A stretch of DNA of 54,455 bases from Girardia tigrina. Taxonomy: Eukaryota. Below, piece by piece: positions 37,090 through 49,385 of the stretch; positions within the stretch are counted from its first letter, which is position 1, and every line of letters starts with the position of its first letter. Under the pieces are notes generated by a model, which searched no databases, was not told the DNA's origin, and saw nothing but the letters and a program-made list of their open reading frames with translations. The stretch spans positions 35,641 through 90,095 of the forward strand of contig MQRK01231253.1 of the NCBI GenBank assembly GCA_001938485.1, written 5' to 3'. Position numbers and translations under genes: made by a program.

Positions 37090-37897
37090 AAGAACCTCTA
37101 ATAAGAATATTCCAGATTCAGTATTCTAATAGGTTGATATCAGGAGAATTTAAAGGTTAATCATCTGTTATTCATTTTTTGTGATGCCAATCTTTTGTTT
37201 TGAGGACTTTGTAAGCTGGCACTGAAATTGCATACAAGTCCAAAGTTGATCGATTGTTGTTAATTTTTATTCCATCATTAAGAAAAACTAATGGAGTTTT
37301 GTCATATTATGTAATTCTTGTCCAAACCATAACGATTTTTGGTTTTTGGGTTCAATTTACTACTATTTCACCTGTTAATACTGCATTTGCAGTGTAAACC
37401 CTTTCATTATGTGGTTTAAAACCCTACTATACTATAAAAAGTTTCGGCTTTGAAAGAAGGATTCGTCGATGTCGGTTACACGAAAACTGTTTCAAAAGAC
37501 TTGAAACTTTCTTCTTATCTCCTTTTCTTCAATTCATGAGTCAAGATATGAAGCCTTAAAAAATTTTAAGCTTTATTTTTGAGGTCATTTTTGATTATTT
37601 CATGAAATGACAATTTTGAGACATTCAAAGTTTTTCTTTACTTTCTAGTGCAGTTCTTCTTAGTTGAATTATTTTGATTGAGTATTCCTTCAACATGCTG
37701 AATGTTTATTTGTGTTCTTGTAGTTTTGACTTTTTGTTTTCAAGTCGATCATCATTGCTACATTTGTCTTTGTAGCGCTTCATTGATGTTGTAATGGTAA
37801 ATTTGGTATTACCATACATGTGCAAAATACCAGTACTTTAAACTCTATTTTGATGCATCCTTATAAGAGCATTTCTCAAAGCTTTCATCGATTTCAT
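37090..37897 (-). pseudogene. Decayed Tc1/maT-like transposase
   Basis: Minus strand: VMVWTRIT..KTPLVFLNDGIKIN and NSPDINLLEY*IWNIL. Confidence 0.7.
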
Positions 37898-37955
37898 TTG
37901 TCTAAACTAAACTTTATTTTAATTAAAATAGTATAAAGTAGTAAATGATAAAGAG

Positions 37956-38456
37956 TATTAAGAACATTTAGACAAGTCCCATTTGAATTTTTATTGCAAT
38001 TACATTTAGAGTCATTACAACTCTCAGAAGGTCTTTCGTCGTTTGCCATCGTTCTAATTGGTTTTCTTATTTCTATTTTTAATCATGATTATTCAAACAA
38101 TTTTTCTAAGTTATTTTTAAAAATATTTAACCTCTAAAAAATATTAATTAAAAATATTAATTTTTACCATTTCTCAATAAATCCCAAAATAATTAAAATG
38201 TCATCAAATTATTAAAAATGCATTTAATTTAAATTATACTAAAAATTATTAAACTTAATTTTAATTGTGAAATTAAAGATATGAATTTATAAAATGATTA
38301 TTTTAATTATGTTCGAATAGTCAATCTCTTTAAATTTAATAAAAAATACCAATTTCCATCTTGGTGGGAGAATCACCATTCTAAATTCAACATACTTAAA
38401 TCATCATACAACATCACTACATTTACATATTCAAACAATTTAAAATATTCCTCACA
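37956..38456 (-). repeat. Solo LTR
   Basis: Minus strand TGTGAGG...CTTAATA with exact 5-bp TSD AAGAG. Confidence 0.85.
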
Positions 38457-38724
38457 AAGAGAAAATAAGTTTTCTTATTTTCTTTTCACACTAAAGTTTT
38501 TGAATTTAATTTTGAATAAAAAAAGAAGTTCCATAATTTCCGGTCACCCACGAAATAACTATATAAAGAAAAGAAAATTAGATTAAAAAAATTATGGCTA
38601 TTGGTAGATTAGGTCTTTAGCTTTAATATTCTGTGAGTAATACTGCTTTGAATGACAAAAAGTTCTATTTCATCTAAAATGTAATATAAATCTAGCCATA
38701 ATTAAGGTAAAGAGTAATAATGAT

Positions 38725-39252
38725 TATTAAGAACACCAATATGATTTTCCACACTTTTACTTTTATAATATTTTGATTTGTCTTTGTAACAATTCTTACT
38801 AAAACTTTTGTAATTTGAAATCTAGATAAATTGATAAGACTTGATAATTACTTGTTTGAAACAATTATTGGAAAAAATTATTATTTTATACATTGATATT
38901 ATTTTCATATTTTATTTTTAAAATTTTACTTTAATAATTTTTTAATTATTTTTTTTAAAAATTATTTTAATTTTAAAATTATTTTATTTTAAAAAATTAT
39001 GTAATCAATTTAAAAATTAAGTGAAAACTTATTTACTATATAAAAATGTTTAATATTTAAATATTCAAAGATTTAATATTTTATTAGTTGAAATTTTTAA
39101 ATATCTTATGTCCTGGTTTAAAATAAAAATCATGCTCGAACAATTAATCATCACAAACATCCAAAATACAAAATTTCCCTCCAAATACTAAACTCAACAT
39201 ACAAAATCCAAAATAGAAATTTCCACATACTAAATTTAAAATAGTCCTCACA
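38725..39252 (-). repeat. Solo LTR
   Basis: Minus strand TGTGAGG...CTTAATA; TSD ATGAT/AAGAT (4/5); collinear with 26019-26549. Confidence 0.8.
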
Positions 39253-40722
39253 AAGATATTGTTTCACTTCAAAAATCATTTATTACAATCACCACATGTT
39301 ACGTTCAACATAGAAAGTGTTTAGGTGTAAGGTCCATTTTAGGAAAGCAAGGTTTAAACAAAAACTTAAAAAGGTCATTCTGTATTGCATTTCAGAAATT
39401 ATCAAAATAACCATGTACAATAAATATTTACATAAAAATTAAACCGCATGGTTAATTAAAACTATAAAATAAATCTTTGAAGTACAAAAAAATCATTTGA
39501 AAACTTAAAAATGATTCTTAAAAGGAAATTTATTTAATATTTATTTACTAAATTAAAATTATTAGGTTCATGATTAAAATTGGAAGTCATAATTTTGTAA
39601 ACTTTATTTCTACTACAATTTTCATTTTTGAAACAAATTTATGAGGAACAATATTTTAATTACATAATCCAGATCTCAAAATTCTAAATATAAATAACAG
39701 TATTGATAAATATATAAATTAATTATTAATTAATTTATCAATCAATTATTATGTGTTTTAATAATTAAAATATTGGAAAAATTTAAGGCGGAAAATATTT
39801 TAAATTAAAATCTTAAATGAAAATTATATTATTTAAACATTATTATAAAAATACAAATTTTATAAGAAAATAAAAAAAAATGAAAAGTTTAGTTTAAAAT
39901 TTTTTTAGATGAAGATTTTTTAAAAAATAAAAATTTTATAAAATTACAAAATTGAAAAGTTTAGATTAAGATTTTTCTAAAAAATATGTTAAGCTATTAA
40001 AATAGAAACCTTATAGAAATATTTCTGATATGAAGATATTTCAAAAAATGAATTGAAAGAAAAGAATTTTAACGAAATTTTTCTTGGATAAAATGTTAAT
40101 AAGAGAAATATTTTAAAATTTATTTTGGAAATTCTAAAAAAATAGTAAATTAAGTATTCATATTTATATTAAATTATGTTTATGTATAAAAGGTTCGTGC
40201 AAAAAAAATGTTACTCTAAAATTTGTTCAAAAAATATGTTCTTGTGTTGCACAAATAAAATTTTAAATAATGTCTATTTCCGATTCTTCTTTAAAGCAAG
40301 ATTTGAAAATTATATCGAACCTAACAATTGATATAATCATACTTATTATTATCAGTATTATAAGTTGTAAGTTCATTATTATCTTTAACACATTTTGAAA
40401 ACTCTGAAATTACATTTCCTGATGGGGACAGCTCTCAGCATTGAGGCAATTAAGAATGCGACTCCCATTTGTTAATAATCAAACGCCAATCGATATTTTT
40501 CGTCCTAAAGAGGATGGTTTTCCATTCAAATAAATTAAATCGATCAGGACAATTCACAACATTAAAGTCTCTGGCAGTAAACTGATTATCTATACATTCA
40601 AGTGTTGGATTCGTAAATCTTGATCCATTGTAAACATGTTGATTTTCAATCATATGAGACTCTTTTGAATTAATATTTTATAGGCTTAAAGCTTTAAATA
40701 TACATATATATATTATAAACTA

Positions 40723-42005
40723 TTGGGTTGGCCAAAAAGTCATTGCGTTTTTAAGTACGTCCTAATTAAAAGTTTGAAATTATATAACGATGTGATAAAA
40801 TTTAAATTCAATTATATATTCTGAAACCTTAATTTTAAGAATATGTTTGTACAAAATATTAATTGATTTTGTTTTAATTTGTTACTTTACCGTCAATTCG
40901 AAATGGAAAATCAAAATGAGCATATTCGTCATGTTTTGTTGCATTATTTTCGCAAAGGGAAAACCGCTGTGCAAGCTCATAAGAAGATATGTTTTGTATA
41001 TGGTAGTGACTCCTTAAATCTTCGACAGTGTCAATACTGGTTTTCTAAATTTCGTTCTGAAAAATTTCATCTGAAAGATGCACCACGCTCCGGTCGACCA
41101 GTTGAAGTTGATATCGACAAAATAAAAGCACTGATCAAATCTAATCCACATATGACGACAGGAGAAGTTGCAGAGACTCTGGGAATATCAAAATCAAGTG
41201 TTGGAAGTCATTTAAAGAAACTTGGATTCGTCAGTAAACTCCATATGTGATTACCACATGAACTGAAAGAAATTCATTTGGTGAAACGTATAGACATTTG
41301 CGATTCTCTTTTGAAGCGAGAACAAAGTGATCCATTTTTGAAGCGCTTGATTACGGGTGACGAAAAATGGATTGTTTACAACAATGTGGAACGCCGATGA
41401 TCATGGACAAAACATGGTGAGCCTGCGAAAACGATCCTAAAAGTAGAAATTCACCAAAATAAGGTTATGCTTTCCGTCTGGTGGGATTTTAAAGGAATTG
41501 TGTTTTTTGAACTCCTAGTGAGGAATGAAACCATCAATTCAGACAGATATTGTAGTCAGCTGGAGACATTGACTCATTCAATTCAACAGGAACGTCTCGA
41601 ATTGGCAAATCGAAAAGGAGATGTAATTCAGCATGATAACGCAAGACCGCATACAAGTTGGACAACTCGCCAGAAACTCTTATCACTGGGTTGGGAGGTT
41701 TTTTCCGCACCCACCGTATTCTCCAGACTTGGCCCCATCTGATTTTCACTTATTTAGACCACTGCAGAATTCCTTAAACAGAAAAATATTCGCCAGTGAT
41801 GATGACATCAAAGCGTTCCTAGACGCTTTTTTGCTGACAAAGGTAAAGGTTTTCATGAATCAGGAATATTGAAGCTACCGGAAAGGTGGAAGAAAGCGAT
41901 TGAAAATAATGAACAGTATATCGTGTAAAAATATTTGTGCATCCATGTCATTTTTTGATTATAAATATTTTAGTAAAAAAGGTAATGACTTTTTGGCCAA
42001 CCCAA
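40723..42005 (+). mobile_element. mariner (DD34D), defective; near-identical inverted sibling of 28299-29571
   Basis: TA TSD, TIR TTGGGTTGGCCAAAAAGTCATT; TGDEKW, HDNARPH, YSPDLAPSDFHLF. Confidence 0.95.
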
Positions 42006-42192
42006 TATTTTAATCATTACATGTACTTTATCTTCTGTATAAAATATTTTACTTTCGTTATTTAGCCATACGTTCAAATATTAAATTAATTTTCGAGTTA
42101 TATTATTTGATTTTACTCTGTTTTTAAATATTCGAATTATTTTTTAATTTTACTTTTCTCTTTTTCCTGGTCACCTTTAAAAAGAATAATTA

Positions 42193-43700
42193 TTTGTTTA
42201 TCAAGTATGAAATTTGTATGTATGATTACAATAAATTCAAATAGTTATAATTTGACAAATACACACCATGTTGTTGTTCAGGTTTTTTGTTTGATTGCTA
42301 CATACACATTAATAAAAAATAAATAAAATTATTGATAACTTGTTTTAAAATTCAGTATTTTAAAAAATTGAAAGGCAGAAATTTGAACTATTAGGCAATT
42401 CCTACTTGGAACCTCAGCATCAGAAACCATGTGAAACATCAACAGTGTATTTGAATACAATGCTACTACACATTAGACAGTCTCAAATTGGTTAAGGATA
42501 TTCGTAAAAGGTAATTTTAACATCAATAATAAATCTTAGGGTTGTCAAGTATCGCAGATAGACAAAGACAAACTGAAGGTAACCATGGAATAGGATCAAT
42601 CAAAAAATGCTTATGATTTATCGCTTACTTTTTTGATGTTATAATGCAAAAAATATTGAATGACTTGGCTCAAATTTGTTGTTGGGTTCATGATTTTTTG
42701 CAGTTAAAACTAGTAAATCAACAAATTAAAATTTTTATATTCGTTCTTTATGTAGACAGAAATCTACTTTACCAACAAAGTTTTTAAAATTTAAAAAATG
42801 TAACACTTAAAAAATTTTAATAAAAAAAAACAATAAAAATTAATATAAACTACTTATAATTTATAAGTAAATATCTTGCAATTAATATTGTTCGGGAACT
42901 CCGAATTTTCCGTTTTTTTCCCATTTTGGGACTTTAAAAATTTTTTTTCGATCACAATTTTACATAATCATTTATTGTCATCGAAAATAAGTTATTGTGC
43001 AAAGTAAAAAGCCTTCAAAAATAGGTTTCTAAATTCACTATTTAATTAGATATCTAGTGTTTTTAAATTTATAACCTCTTTGCTACTTTCGGTACTTCAA
43101 ATTCTATTAAAAATATTTTATTTCAAACCTTATTAAAGTTTTGCATTTAAAATCTATAAACAAATAATTTTATTTGTATGGGGAAATATGTCAGTGGATT
43201 TTAGATTTATGGAATGCAGTTACTGTGTCGTGTGTTCAAGGTGGCTTTTACCGTTCTAAAGTTTTGTTGAAATCCTCTTTTTTATTTCATAGATAGGATC
43301 AATCACAAAATGCTTATTGTGTTTTCAGTTACATTATCAAACTCAAAGAAACACATCTGCGTTTGGTAAACAAGTCGACTCCCATCTTGCTTCACAACAG
43401 CACAAAACCACATACTGCACTTAAGGCCACGACAAAACTTCAGGAATTCGAGTTTAAATTTCTTCATCATCATCCATACTCACCAGACTTAGCCCAAACT
43501 GACTACATTTTCTTCTGAAAATTTAAGGATTCTCGCCCACCAAATGTTTATTCAAAAGGCATCAACAAGCTGCCACTCAAATGGCAAAAGTTTATCGATA
43601 AAATGGGTGTATACTTTGAAGAATAATATAAATATTTGTAATGGTAAATTATCAATATACTTTAACTTTAATTCTACAAATTTCATACCTGATGACCTAA
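42193..43700 (+). mobile_element. Old mariner deletion derivative with internal insertion
   Basis: Degenerate TIR (ATCAAGTATGAAATTTGTA / TACAAATTTCATACCTGAT), TA flanks; HTH remnants ~42370-42520; HPYSPDLAQTDY at ~43470; WQKF..KMGVYFE. Confidence 0.7.
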
Positions 43701-45501
43701 TATTACTTTATAAATCAACTTTGAACGCAGAACATATACATTACATTACAAAATTACTTTTAATTTTATTTTATAAAACAAATCCTATCATTAAAGGAAT
43801 CGCATATTAAATGAATTAAAACGAATTAATATTATTTATGTCTTTAAATTTCTAGAAAACACAAGTGATACTGACTCTGAATTTTTATGACAGAATGTTA
43901 ATGAATGGTTAACAAGAAAATATTATTTTTATCTAACCTAAATGTTTTTCTTATAACCGACAAGATATAAAGTATATTTACTATACAAAACAGCATAATT
44001 CTGAGTTGCTCATAAATTTCATTACTATTCACACTGTTGCCCGGTGGTTACTGAAAGATTTGTATTTATTTTTACTAATAAAAGTTTATTGCAATTTAGT
44101 TCAGTGTGTAATAAATATGTCGAAATGACGCGTTTTATTAAATTTATTTAATGATCTCATAATCCTTGCCATTTTCTTCTCAAATTTCGATTATTTTGAG
44201 AAACATTTTCTATATGTTCAACTAGTGCATAAATCTTTAGGATTACAGTAAGATGGTAATGAAAAAATAGTTAAAAACATTTACATTGATATGTACTTTA
44301 ACAGAAAACTAAGCTTTGTAACTTTTTTCGTTCATAAAAAAATAAGAATGCTCATAAAAATTCAAAAATAAATATTTTTTATCAAGTTTTATTAAAATAA
44401 AAATAATAAGACATTGCAGTTGATATGTTATTCAACTAAACATTATAAATCTTTGCACATACCGATGAGAGGAAAATAAGGTTGTCTTAAGTTAAAATTA
44501 GTAGTGTGAGGATCTTCGTGAGCTTTTTAATTAAAGCTAAAAAAAGAAAGACATTTTAAATTAATTTTTTAAAGTATTTTTTACAAGTATATTTGGAGGT
44601 ATATTTTTAGAATATATTTTAAAGTATAAGTAAATATTAAAACAGAAATGTTTAGATTTTTAAATTAATAAAAATAGTAAATTAAATAGATTTAAAACAA
44701 ATTAAATTTAAATTAGTTGGTAAATTAAATAGTTTGGAAAACAAATTAAATATAACACATTAAGAATAGTTAAACGGAATAACGAAAGTTTTAGAAAGTA
44801 AATACAATAGGAAGAAAAATAAATTTCATAATAAATATTAAAATTAACGAAATTTAATAAAATATTTATTTAAAAGAAAATACAATATTTAAAAAAATAC
44901 AAAATTAAATACGAAGTTAATGTATAAACTATTTGAAAATTGTTTTTTTTATAATTAAAATAGTTTTTAAATTCAAATATTTTATAAAATTAAAGATAAT
45001 ACAACATTTCGAAAATAATAAATCTGCATATTTATATTTACAATTATTTTAATTTTATTGGTTTATTATTATTTTTATATTTTTATTATGAAAATAAAAG
45101 TTTCGAAAACGTCTGAACTGTCATCTGAAAATAATACCGAGCCGTACAAATAGAAACCTAAGTAAAATACTTGTTCCAGATTTGAATTAATAAAAAAAAT
45201 TAAAGAAATAATTAACATTGAAATTGGAATTTTGCATTCCAATTTCAATTCATTAAAATTATATAATATATATTTATATATGTATATGTATATACATTAT
45301 TGAGAAGTTAAAATTTTTATGGTTTAAAAATTCGTTTGTTAAAACGAATTATTATAATTAATGTTAGTTTTTGATATCTAATAAAGATAGTTCAATATCG
45401 ATTTTTTTAATTATTAGAGAAAAAATATTAAAACGAGTTACTTATTAAAAAAAATTAAATTGTGCTTTTCCTGAACGGTGACAAAAATGAATATGTGACC
45501 G

Positions 45502-46113
45502 ATGGTTTTGAGAAACCGTGAAATAAATCCATCGGATGAAAATTCCGATCAAAAAATGTTCTCCGGTGTTACGACAAGAAAACGAGCCGCTCTGAAAGCG
45601 CTCGAGAATGCGAATCTCGCCAATAGAGACGCAGTGAACGAATTGAAACACATTACGACGAGATTGAAACCGATTGCGGTGATCGAAGAACCGGAATCGG
45701 AACCGATGGATATTTCGATCAAAAATATCGAAACCGAATCAATCGATTACGACTACCTCGTAAAAAATCCGCTAACATGGCAAAAATATTCGGAAATCGA
45801 AACCGAAGAATCTCGAAAATCACTTTTGAAAACGATTATCGAATGACGAAACGCGATTCGGTCTCATTTCAGTGAGTATACCGAAAATGGATTACCGATC
45901 TGGTTGTTGAGCCGGTTTGACAATCATGACGAGTTCATGAATATCGATTATTTAACGAAAATCAATGATCATTTGATCGAAAATGAATTGGAGTCGAAAA
46001 AAATATTATTATGATTGTTAGGAACATCAGGAGCCAGTTGGGAAAGTTTGAATATACAAATTATTTGTAATAATCATTCGGAAATTAAAGGTCATTTGAA
46101 ATTATTAATTTAA
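45502..46113 (+). pseudogene. Intronless destruction-box ORF resembling a cyclin A/B N-terminus; two in-frame TGA stops
   Basis: RAALKALEN fits D-box RxxLxxxxN; EPMDIS; IDxD...NP...YxxI; weak cyclin-box echoes (LSRF, LLGTS); frame continues past TGA at 45844 and 46012. Confidence 0.5.
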
Positions 46114-47238
46114 AGTTATAAAATAAATTAGAAGACTTTTTTCTGGAACAAAAATTAAAAAAATGCAATTAAAAATCAATATTAATATTATAATAATTTT
46201 TCCGGTTTATAATCGATAAAAATTACAAAACAAAGGTTTTACAAATAATTTTGTGTGAATTGAAAAGTAAGTAAAAATACATTGTTTAAAAACTGGCGAG
46301 TGAAAAAAAGAGGAATAAAAATTTGTAATTTGTGTTAAAATAAAAATTTCTCGTCAATGACTCAGTGTTATTATCACCCGAGTGATGTGACCCACATCTA
46401 GCAATAATATTTTAATAATTGACAACATATAATAATACCAAAAAAAATCTACCAAGACATCTAGAATAAAATTTTTATTTTTACAAATAAATTCATGAAA
46501 ACTTTTTTTCAACTTTTCATTTACATCTCAATCGCAAATTTCATTATGATTCTCTCCTATAGCAATGATCAAATGATCAATTTAATTAATTTTCGTAAAT
46601 TATTAATAAATTGTAATTCATTCAAGGAAAACTATTACTAAAATAATGCGAAAAAAAATAAAATTATTTCTCCCTTGTTTTGGTAATGGTAGAATTCATA
46701 AAATAATAATAAATATAATCAAAATAATAATTATAAATAATTATATTGTGTTATATATTATTATATTTTATTAAACAAAAAATATTTTTTTAAATTTTAC
46801 CGTTTTTTTGTAAAAAATTTAATTTATTAATTTAATAAATATAAAAATAATCCAATATTAAGTCATAATGTTTGTTAAATCTTTCAAATAAAATATCATT
46901 TATACTTACATGAACGGGTTCAATGCAAAAAAATAAAAGTAAATGGACAGCTACTGCAACTGGCAAAATGTAATCACCGATGAATATAAAATTAAAAGCA
47001 AAAAATTTGATTGGTCAAAATTTTAAATAATGATAATATGAAATTGAGAATAATTTGTCGTAAGAGAAATAAAAAATAAATGAATTTATTGATTGTTTTT
47101 CAACCAAAAGAATTTATGTAATAAACATATAAAAACGAAACAGAGCTACGAGGTTGTCTGAAATGTTTCTGTAAAACATTTTCCTGAATTAGTTTCGATC
47201 TCTTTGATCATCATCATCAATCAACACCATTTGAAAAC

Positions 47239-47620
47239 TGTGAGGAATGTTTACTGTTTTGTGGTTGAATGTCGTGTGTTGGTTTTAGATTGTGTCTCTC
47301 TTACTCCGATGGCTGATTAATATTTTTGATTCTTAGCTGATGAAACTAATTTAATTTAATATTTAAATTTATTTCAAATTTAACATCGTGGTCAAATTTA
47401 TATTTCGTCCTTTGTTACATAACAGTAAAAATTTATTAGTTCGTACACAGTGTAATAAATGAGATTTTTGGCTTAAATTTTATTTTAAATTTTTTGAATG
47501 AATAAATCAAATTAACATTTTTTAAATAATTAATATTTATTTTAATTTCAACCAATCGAATTTTAAGTACATATTTTAAAAGGACCTTTAAATGTATCGA
47601 ATTGATCAGAAAATTGGATA
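47239..47620 (+). repeat. LTR copy related to the 19044 LTR, 3'-truncated
   Basis: TGTGAGGAATGTTT...GATGGCTGATTAATAT...AATAAATCAAATTAA...TTTAAATAATTAATATTTATTT. Confidence 0.75.
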
Positions 47621-48046
47621 TAACGTAACATAATTATTAATTTAGTCAAATTATGTCTATGAATAAAGATAAAGCTTTACAATAAATTTTACTGTTTAGT
47701 ATTCCGCACGTTTCGGTCGGTTTATCAAAGAAACAAAACTCTTCCGTAAAGACACAAGTTAATTTATTCGCCTATATAATCAGAATCTTAAAACAAAAAC
47801 ATTTATTGGTCATATATTCATTATATTTTTGATTAAAATCGTCGATAAAAATTGTTGTATTAAACGAGAGAGAATAAAATACTCAACAAATTTTAATCAA
47901 CTAACAATAATTATGAGACAAACTCATCACAAGTCCAATGGATTATCCAAATGTGATTTTAATAATAGTTATAAACAATGTATGACTTCTCGTAACAATA
48001 ACCAATAATTGACCATGTTTCATTTCGACTTAAAGCTGATATAGAT

Positions 48047-48992
48047 TGTTAAGATCATTGAGTCAATTACTATTATAACTTTTATTAGTATCAAATTTAG
48101 AGTTTTCACAACTTATCCAAAGATCGTTCATAGTTTGACATCATTCTAACTGGTCTTATTTCTATCTTTAAAAAAAGGATTATTCAAATAATTTTTTAAA
48201 ATCTTTCTAAAATAATTATTATTTTGTAATTTCCAAAAATATTTGTTAGAATTAATAATTTTAACCATTTCATTATAAGAACAATAAATAAATAAAAATA
48301 TTTTATCAAATTATAAAAAATGAATTTTGTTAGGTTTGAAATCATTAATTGAAGTCATAACACGTAAAAATATATTTCTATAACAACGATTTTTAAAAAA
48401 ATTTTTGAGGAATAATTTTCTTATTGTGTACGAATCAGAAATAAAAATATAAATGATCGAAAGTCTAGCCAACAATGTGACATTTGTTATCAAGCAGTTT
48501 GCTTTGAGCACTCAATTCGTCGTTGTAATTAATGTCAATAGAACTTTTCATATTCTTGTCATTGTTTTATAAATTAATAAATTTGTATATTTTAATACTC
48601 TTAACTTACTAGTGTGATGTTAGAGACTAATAAAATTAATTTTTTGATAATAGTAACCGTAAAAAATATAGATTCTGTACTGGGGTCCAGCAGACCACAT
48701 TTGGTACTCAACGTGATTTTTTTTCTTAGTTGTTTAAGGGTTAAAATGTCTTTTAATTCAATTATTTAAATTTGATTTTAATTGCTAATTTCAAAAATTT
48801 AAACTTATAAGATTATTATCATTTTGTTATTGTAATTGTAATTAATTATATTCGAAAAGTCAAAAACCGGTTATACAAAAAATACCAATTTCCATCTAGG
48901 TTGGAGAATCACCATTCCAAATTCAACGTACTCGACACAACATACAACATTCAAAAATTAACACATTCATACAATTTGAAATATTCATCGCA
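48047..48992 (-). repeat. Solo LTR containing a ~430-bp insertion
   Basis: Minus strand TGCGATG...CTTAACA, exact TSD TAGAT; collinear with 37956-38456 except ~48316-48740. Confidence 0.8.
48316..48740. mobile_element. Possible piggyBac-like insertion (only one end recognisable)
   Basis: Ends AGGG|TTAA with subterminal GGGGTC..GACC; extra sequence relative to the sibling LTR. Confidence 0.4.
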
Positions 48993-49385
48993 TAGATGAC
49001 TCAAAAATTGAATAAATAATGATATTACAACCAATCACAGAAAACACGTTTTTTGCAACGGATTCATGCGATAAAAGTGTTTTAACATTGATATTAATTG
49101 TCTAGTTCTTCAAAAACATTGACACAAAATAATGTTCCTGAGATAAAATTTTATTTTGTATTCTACTAGTTAATATACAATAACAAATATAGTAATAATT
49201 TAAGCATAAAATATCACTTATTACACTCTTTACTAGGACGATCAAGTTATCAGGTTATTTGATTTTCAGAATAACAAAGTATATTTTCATCAAATAACCG
49301 GTTTATCGGTTGACAGGCTACTTGAAGAATTTTTTGCTTTCAGTAATTTCATCACCTTATCGTGGTATTAAATGTAAAATACATA

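Noticed and set aside
44030-44108. CACACTG...CAGTGTG mini inverted repeat
   Set aside because: Only 7 bp and no TSD; could be chance.
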